DNA of 32,000 nucleotides from Chlamydiales bacterium (GTDB lineage Bacteria; Chlamydiota; Chlamydiia; Chlamydiales; SM23-39): NCBI GenBank assembly GCA_965261025.1, contig OZ253438.1, positions 630,001 to 662,000 of the forward strand, read 5' to 3'. Shown piece by piece: positions 26,510 to 32,000 of this stretch (position 1 is its first letter; each line of letters starts with the position of its first letter). The notes under the pieces were generated by a model. It saw only the letters and a program-made list of their open reading frames with translations, ran no database searches and was not told where the DNA came from. The position numbers and the translations under genes were made by a program.

Positions 26510-28351
26510 ATGGCTTATTCTTTGAGAAAATCCAAAAGGCTTTTTTTCCAATGGGCCACTCTTTACCAGAAAAAAGAAAAAACGCTTTCTCCGGAATCTC
26601 AAAAAATTTTGAAACAAAATTTACAAAAGCTGAAAGCATTTATACAAGAGAAAAAAAGACAAGAAGCTAGTGATCTGGCTAAGTCTTTGCAAGGAAAAAT
26701 AGAGTCTTATTTTCCTAAATCAGAGTTTCGCAAATTCACTACCTTTTTGTTTAATCTCTTGTTCGCTTTAGTTGTGGCTACCGTGATCCGTCAGGAGTGG
26801 TTTGAGTTTTATAAGATCCCTTCGGGTTCTATGAGACCTACCCTGAAAGAGGGGGATTTAGTGGCTGTAAGCAAGTCCTCTTTTTCCATAAATACCCCTT
26901 TAAAAAATGCTCCCTTATACTTTGATAGCTCCCTCATGCCAAGAGGTGCTGTAGTAGTTTTCTCAGGAGAAGGTCTAGCTATTGCAGATAACTACACCCG
27001 CTACTTTCTTCTTTTCCCAGGAATTAAGCAGTATGTAAAAAGACTCATAGCCAAACCGGGAGATACCCTTTACTTCTATGGAGGCCTTGTCTACGGAATG
27101 GATGAAGAAGGAAAAGACCTTTCTTCCCTTAGAAATTCTGATTGGGCTCGACAAATAGAGCATATTCCTTTTTTAAGTTTCGAGGGAAAGATAAAAAATC
27201 AAAAAGAACCTGGGGGAGGCAATTCTTGTATTTTCTACCAGATGAATGAACCTGTTGCAAAACTGTATTTCAATAAGCTCGGTCAGTTAGAAAGTTCTTT
27301 ATCTCCCCCCTATGAAGGGCTAAAAAACTATTCTGATCTCTGGGGCTTTAAAAACTTTGGTATGGTCCGCTTTCTTCTTTTTTCTGAAAAAGAGCGACTG
27401 TACCCGAACCTTTCTGTACCAAAAGCTCTTTTCTATCTAGAAATTGCTCACCACCCTTCTATCCAAAAAGCAAAAATTTACACGGACCATTATGGGAAAA
27501 TCCGCCCTTTTCTTTCGCATGAAACCTCTCTTCTTCCCTTCACACAAGCGCAGGTAAAAAGACTAAAAAGCCATCTTTTTACCTCCCGTTTTGTTATCAA
27601 AAACCAGAAAGCCTATCGCTATGGTCTTTCTTTTAACTCTGCCAAAGACTACCCCTACCTTCCTTCTGTTCCCCCTGATATTGAAGAGGGAACCTACGAG
27701 TGGGACAATGGAACAGCGTATCGAATTCTTTGGGGAAGTATAGCGAAAAAACTAGATCCTTCTCATCCAATCTACCAAAATGATCCCAAATGGTTAAGTA
27801 CTCTTTTCAATTTAGGAATCGAGTGGGATACTCTCTATTCTCCTAGTAATGAAAGCCCTTTTTTTCTTCCTTCCCGATATACCTACTTTCGAAAGGGAGA
27901 TCTTTATCTAATGGGAAAACCTGTCTTTTTACAAGGAGAGGAGAATTTACATCAGTTTTTAGAAAAAGAAATTTCTTTGAAAAAAGCTTTTCCTTCGTAT
28001 CTTCCCTTCAAAGATACAAAAGCCCCTTTAAAGGAAGATGGTTCTCTAGATATCTCTTTGATCCAAAGAGAAGGGCTGAAAATCCCAGAAAGACATTACC
28101 TTGTTTTAGGAGATAATCATTCCATGAGTGGGGATAGCCGCTTATTTGGTTTTGTCCCGCAGCAAAATTTTAAAGGAAAAGTTTCCTTTATTTTCTGGCC
28201 TCCCTTGCAAAGATTAGGTTTGCTATTACAGCCTACAAGCCCTTTTTTAAGCTTTCCTAACTTAATAATCTGGCTCGGTTTTTCTATTTTGCTGCTTCTT
28301 GCTTTTCTCTATCAGCGAAGAAGAAGAAAAAAAATACTCGATCTGTTTTAA
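26510..28351 (+). CDS. lepB: Signal peptidase I, long chlamydial-type form
   Basis: 613 aa. Catalytic Ser box 'IPSGSMRPTL'. Lys box 'YVKRLIAKPGDT'. 'LGDNHSMSGDSRLFGFVP'. TM segments near the N- and C-termini. The length is similar to the ~630-aa Chlamydia LepB as I recall. Confidence 0.9.
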   Translation: MAYSLRKSKRLFFQWATLYQKKEKTLSPESQKILKQNLQKLKAFIQEKKRQEASDLAKSLQGKIESYFPKSEFRKFTTFLFNLLFALVVATVIRQEWFEFYKIPSGSMRPTLKEGDLVAVSKSSFSINTPLKNAPLYFDSSLMPRGAVVVFSGEGLAIADNYTRYFLLFPGIKQYVKRLIAKPGDTLYFYGGLVYGMDEEGKDLSSLRNSDWARQIEHIPFLSFEGKIKNQKEPGGGNSCIFYQMNEPVAKLYFNKLGQLESSLSPPYEGLKNYSDLWGFKNFGMVRFLLFSEKERLYPNLSVPKALFYLEIAHHPSIQKAKIYTDHYGKIRPFLSHETSLLPFTQAQVKRLKSHLFTSRFVIKNQKAYRYGLSFNSAKDYPYLPSVPPDIEEGTYEWDNGTAYRILWGSIAKKLDPSHPIYQNDPKWLSTLFNLGIEWDTLYSPSNESPFFLPSRYTYFRKGDLYLMGKPVFLQGEENLHQFLEKEISLKKAFPSYLPFKDTKAPLKEDGSLDISLIQREGLKIPERHYLVLGDNHSMSGDSRLFGFVPQQNFKGKVSFIFWPPLQRLGLLLQPTSPFLSFPNLIIWLGFSILLLLAFLYQRRRRKKILDLF

Positions 28352-28398
28352 GAAAAGCCTAATGCAGCGTGACGCACGCCTTTGCTTAAGGGAAAAGC

Positions 28399-31300
28399 TC
28401 AAGAGGTAAATCTTTCCACGGAGATGATGGCCTTTTCTCCATTTAAGTCCCATTCTACTCCTTCATTTTCAGAAAAGACCACTTTTTTCGCTAAGACTTC
28501 ATGGGAGATATAGCTCTGGTAAAGCTGTAGACAAGCTTTTACTCTTTCTGTAGTGTCTATGGTAATTGTAATTCTGTCAGAAACATGGAGCTTTAAATCT
28601 CTTCTCATCGTATTGACTTTATTGATAATCTCTCTGGCTAGCCCCTCCATTAAGAGCTCAGGAGTAAGCTTTGTATGAATCATTACAGTAACTTCCCCCT
28701 CATTTATAGCAGAGAGCCCCTCTTTTACAGAGCGGCTTACTTGAACATCCTCAGCATGAATCATAAGCTTTTTCTTACCCACTAACAATTCCACTTCCTT
28801 TTGTTCAAGAAGAGCTTTGCACTGCTCTTTTGGAAGATTTTCTATCTCTTTTTGTACTTTTGGCATCAAAGCTCCTACCTTTTTTCCTAAAACTCGAAAA
28901 TTGGGTTTGATGCTTATAGAAACAAAGGAGGACTCTTCCTGATAAAAACGAAGCTCTTTGATATTCAACTCCCCTTCTATGAGAGTTTTTTGATTTTTTA
29001 ACGCCTGTAAAACTTTTTCTTCCCCACAAATAACTGCTGCATAAGAAAGGGGTTGCCGTACTTTTAATTTTTGTTCTTTTCTCAAAGAGTGTCCCAAGCG
29101 CACTACCCTTTGAGTAAGCTCCATTTCCTCTTCTAGTTTGTGATTCCGAAGCTCTTTATCATACAAAGGAAAATCACATAAATGGACTGACTCTACGTCT
29201 TTTTCCATCTTTAGCCCTTGGTACAAAGCCTCACTTAGAAAAGGAATGAAAGGAGCTGCTACTTTAGACAAAGTGAGTAAAACTTGATATAAAGTAGCAA
29301 AAGCCTCTCTTCTATCTTCTGTGTCTTCCTCCGCCCAAAAGCGCGACCTACTTCTTCTTATATACCAATTTGTAAGCTGTTCGATAAACCATATAAAAGG
29401 CTCTACAGCAGAAGAAAGCTCATATTGATCCAGGGCAGTAGTGACTTCTATAACTAACTTCTGCAACTGTGATACTATCCAGCAGTCTATTTCTTTCTTA
29501 TAAGAAAGAGATACTTCAGAAGGGTTAAAGGAATAAATATTTGCATAAGTTGCTAAAAAGGAGTAAGAGCTCCAAAGGGGGAGAAGGATTTGCCTGAGAA
29601 TAAGTTCCACTCCTTTTTCCGAAAAGCGAAGATCTTCCCCTCTTACTGCTGCAGAGTGAAGCAGATAAAGACGCACCGCATCTGCTCCGTAAGAGTTGAT
29701 TACTCCCGAAGGCTCAGGGTAGTTTTTTAGCTTCTTAGACATCTTGTTGCCGTCTTCGGCCAAAATAATTCCATTAACAACTACGTTTTTAAAAGCGGGT
29801 TTTTGAAAAAGAGCTGCTGCTAAAACTGTTAAAGTATAAAACCATCCTCTTGTTTGATCTAATCCTTCTGCTATGAAGTCCGCAGGAAAAGTCTTTAAAG
29901 TAAGATCTTGTTTTTCGAAAGGAAAATGGTTTTGTCCATAGGGCATAGAACCTGACTCAAACCAACAATCAAATACCTCTGGGATTCTTTGATATTTCTT
30001 TCCCTTATAAACAAAGCTTAAATCATCCACATAGTGCCTATGCAGATCCTCCACTTTTTTCCCTACCTTCTCTTCAAGCTCTTTTTTAGAGCCTATTACG
30101 AAAAGATCTCCTTCTTCTGACTTCCATAGGGGAATAGGTGTTCCCCAATATCGATTTCTAGAAATAGCCCAATCTCTTGCATTGAAAAGCCATTTCCCAA
30201 ATCTACCTTTTTTAATATGGGCAGGCACCCAGTGAATCCTTTCATTCATCTCCAAAAGCTTTTCTTTAAGACTTTCTACTGCTATAAACCAGGTATTCAC
30301 TGCTTTGTAGATTAGGGGAGTATCAGAGCGCCAACAAAAGGGATAGCGATGTCTAACGGTTCCTTGACGAAACACTTTTCCCTCTTCTTTCAATCTTTTC
30401 ATCAAAGATTTATCTGCATCCTTTACTAAAACCCCTTCCCATTCCTTTATTTCTTTAGTGAATCTTCCATTATTATCTACGGGACAAACAGGCTCTATTC
30501 CCTCTTTTTTACAAGCAAAAAAGTCTGTTTCCCCAAAAGCAGGAGCTGCATGAACTATTCCTGTCCCTTCTTCCGTAGATACAAATTCATCAACGATTAC
30601 CAAAAAGGAAGGTTCTTTCTTAGGAGCAAAAAAATAGGAAAATAGGGGTAGATAGGATCTTCCCTTCAACGTCTCTCCTAAAAACTTTCTTTTCACTTCA
30701 TACTCTTGCTTATCAGGAAAGTATACGCTTAATCTGTCCTCGGCTAAAACATAGTGCTCCCGTTTTTCCTTATGCCAAATCTTTACGTAAATTATTTTTG
30801 GATGAACCACTAAAGCCAGGTTAGAAACTAAAGTCCAAGGAGTAGTAGTCCAGGCTAAGAAATAGGTATTTTCTTCTTCTTCTGCTAAGAATTTTACTGT
30901 AAGGGAGGGATCATCTACCTCCTGATAATTTAAATTCGCTTCAAAATTAGAAAGAGGGGTTCCCAACTTTGCAGAAAAAGGCATTACCTTGAAACCCTCA
31001 TATATAAGCCCTTTTTTGAATAGCTCTTTAAAAACCCACCAAACGCTCTCCATGAAGGAAGGATCCATAGTTCGATAAGCCTTAGAAAAATCAACCCATC
31101 TGCCCATTCTCTCTACTACAAAACGCCACTGCTCTGTATATCGAAGTACAATCCCTCTACATTCTTCATTAAATTTAGCAATTCCAAAAGACTCAATCGC
31201 TTTAGCTCCCGAGAGCTCCTGAGCCTTTTCGATCTCATTTTCAACGGGAAGTCCATGACAATCCCACCCAAACCTTCTAGGGACAAGATATCCTTTCATT

Positions 31301-31524
31301 GTCTTATATCTGGGAATAATGTCTTTAATGGTCCCCGCGAGCAAGTGGCCATAATGAGGTAAACCCGTTGCAAAAGGAGGTCCATCATAAAAAGAAAAAT
31401 AAGGAGCTCCCTTTCGATTTTCCAAAGATTTTTCAAAAATTTTTTCCTTCTCCCAAAACCGTAGAATTCTTTCTTCTCTTTCAGGAAAACTTTCTTCTTT
31501 CACGCTAAATCGATTCTTTCTCAT
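28399..31524 (-). CDS. ileS: Isoleucyl-tRNA synthetase (long, eukaryote-like type)
   Basis: 1,041 aa. 'PPFATGLPHYGHLL' (HIGH). 'KMSKKLKN' (KMSKS). 'WTTTPWTL' editing-domain block. 'DWAISRNRYWGTPIP'. Confidence 0.97.
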   Translation of the reverse strand: MRKNRFSVKEESFPEREERILRFWEKEKIFEKSLENRKGAPYFSFYDGPPFATGLPHYGHLLAGTIKDIIPRYKTMKGYLVPRRFGWDCHGLPVENEIEKAQELSGAKAIESFGIAKFNEECRGIVLRYTEQWRFVVERMGRWVDFSKAYRTMDPSFMESVWWVFKELFKKGLIYEGFKVMPFSAKLGTPLSNFEANLNYQEVDDPSLTVKFLAEEEENTYFLAWTTTPWTLVSNLALVVHPKIIYVKIWHKEKREHYVLAEDRLSVYFPDKQEYEVKRKFLGETLKGRSYLPLFSYFFAPKKEPSFLVIVDEFVSTEEGTGIVHAAPAFGETDFFACKKEGIEPVCPVDNNGRFTKEIKEWEGVLVKDADKSLMKRLKEEGKVFRQGTVRHRYPFCWRSDTPLIYKAVNTWFIAVESLKEKLLEMNERIHWVPAHIKKGRFGKWLFNARDWAISRNRYWGTPIPLWKSEEGDLFVIGSKKELEEKVGKKVEDLHRHYVDDLSFVYKGKKYQRIPEVFDCWFESGSMPYGQNHFPFEKQDLTLKTFPADFIAEGLDQTRGWFYTLTVLAAALFQKPAFKNVVVNGIILAEDGNKMSKKLKNYPEPSGVINSYGADAVRLYLLHSAAVRGEDLRFSEKGVELILRQILLPLWSSYSFLATYANIYSFNPSEVSLSYKKEIDCWIVSQLQKLVIEVTTALDQYELSSAVEPFIWFIEQLTNWYIRRSRSRFWAEEDTEDRREAFATLYQVLLTLSKVAAPFIPFLSEALYQGLKMEKDVESVHLCDFPLYDKELRNHKLEEEMELTQRVVRLGHSLRKEQKLKVRQPLSYAAVICGEEKVLQALKNQKTLIEGELNIKELRFYQEESSFVSISIKPNFRVLGKKVGALMPKVQKEIENLPKEQCKALLEQKEVELLVGKKKLMIHAEDVQVSRSVKEGLSAINEGEVTVMIHTKLTPELLMEGLAREIINKVNTMRRDLKLHVSDRITITIDTTERVKACLQLYQSYISHEVLAKKVVFSENEGVEWDLNGEKAIISVERFTS

Positions 31525-31597
31525 AGATTTCTTTTAACTGCTTAGAATTTAAGTAATTGTAAAATAAGTTTGTTTATGACACAATAGAAGAAAAATC

Positions 31598-32000
31598 GGG
31601 GGTGTACTGGTTTCGACTTACCAAGGAAGCATTTGTGGCATGCAGAGGTTGTCGGTGGGCCTCTTTAAACAACCGGCAAGCCGTTTAGTTGGCAAAGAAA
31701 CGAAAATCGTGAACTTCCCTTCTTCTTTTGAAGAAGAGATGGTCATAGCTGCTTAATTAAACTTAACAGTTTAATTAGCCCGGCAGTCTAGAATTCACCA
31801 AGAGTTTTAGAACCTGCTGTCATTCATCTTGGCATGAGGGTAGCTGTGATCGTACCTCTTGGCTATTCTCGAGAAACAGAGGACGGACCTGTCTTGAATT
31901 GGGGCTTCTTGCAACAAGATAGGTAACTTCAAGAACGCTAAGCATGTAGTCATAACTGGGGATTTGAGTAAGGACGAGAGTTCGATTCTCTCCACCTCCA
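31598..32000 (+). ncRNA. ssrA: tmRNA (SsrA). The 3'-terminal CCA is either beyond the window or added post-transcriptionally.
   Basis: The 5' GGGGGTG (31598-31604) pairs with CACCTCC (31993-31999), including the G3:U wobble needed for alanylation. The discriminator A is at 32000. 'GGTTTCGAC' follows the acceptor 5' strand as in other tmRNAs. The T-arm is GAGAG-TTCGATT-CTCTC. An internal tag reading frame ends ...GAA GAG ATG GTC ATA GCT GCT TAA (...EEMVIAA*). Confidence 0.9.

Noticed and set aside
28367-28379. Small GC hairpin GCGTG-ACG-CACGC in the 47-nt gap between convergent lepB and ileS, considered as a bidirectional terminator
   Set aside because: The stem is only 5 bp with a 3-nt loop, and there is no adjacent U-run on either strand. 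That is too weak to call an intrinsic terminator without 3'-end data.
31807-31995. 62-aa minus-strand ORF at the right edge
   Set aside because: It lies entirely antisense to the tmRNA gene, whose tRNA-like ends and tag frame explain this sequence.
1-32000. Mobile elements, prophage genes, CRISPR arrays, rRNA or tRNA genes
   Set aside because: No transposase, integrase or phage-like ORFs. No regularly spaced repeat array. No rRNA-like or cloverleaf tRNA sequence apart from the tRNA-like domain of the tmRNA. The only tandem repeat is the 48-nt in-frame QEKQ repeat.

Overview
AT-rich bacterial chromosomal segment, most likely from a chlamydia-like organism (phylum Chlamydiota). Supporting this: the pknD-valS and ileS-lepB-ssrA neighbourhoods, an unusually long (613 aa) signal peptidase I, a >1000-aa eukaryote-type IleRS, and a PknD-type Ser/Thr kinase with 'DWG' in place of DFG.

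Gene map, left to right:
- A minus-strand three-gene envelope-type string: lipoprotein, then a DUF1761-like membrane protein, then a UgtP/MGDG-synthase-like glycosyltransferase. The glycosyltransferase runs off the left edge and is missing from the ORF track.
- A plus-strand signalling operon: polytopic sensor histidine kinase, stand-alone receiver, and a CHASE-TM-PAS protein with no output domain.
- A minus-strand string pknD, Nudix, valS, HPt.
- trpS.
- A single 10.1-kb ORF (3,376 aa) on the minus strand.
- A divergent 336-aa secreted hypothetical.
- lepB, ileS, and a tmRNA gene that reaches the right edge.

I found no rRNA, tRNA, CRISPR array, transposase or integrase.

The most unusual content is the giant ORF. 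Its N-terminal ~2,300 aa match nothing I recognise. It carries an Inc-like bilobed hydrophobic hairpin at aa 483-535. Its C-terminal third carries Walker A, DECH and Q-x-x-x-R-x-R motifs in a context that recalls the mostly eukaryotic DUF3638/DUF3645 giant NTPases.

The second point of interest is a fully split His-Asp-His phosphorelay (HK, REC, CHASE-PAS, HPt) with no output domain in the window. Its HPt gene is wired into the pknD-valS string.

All domain calls come from reading motifs by eye. No database search was run.
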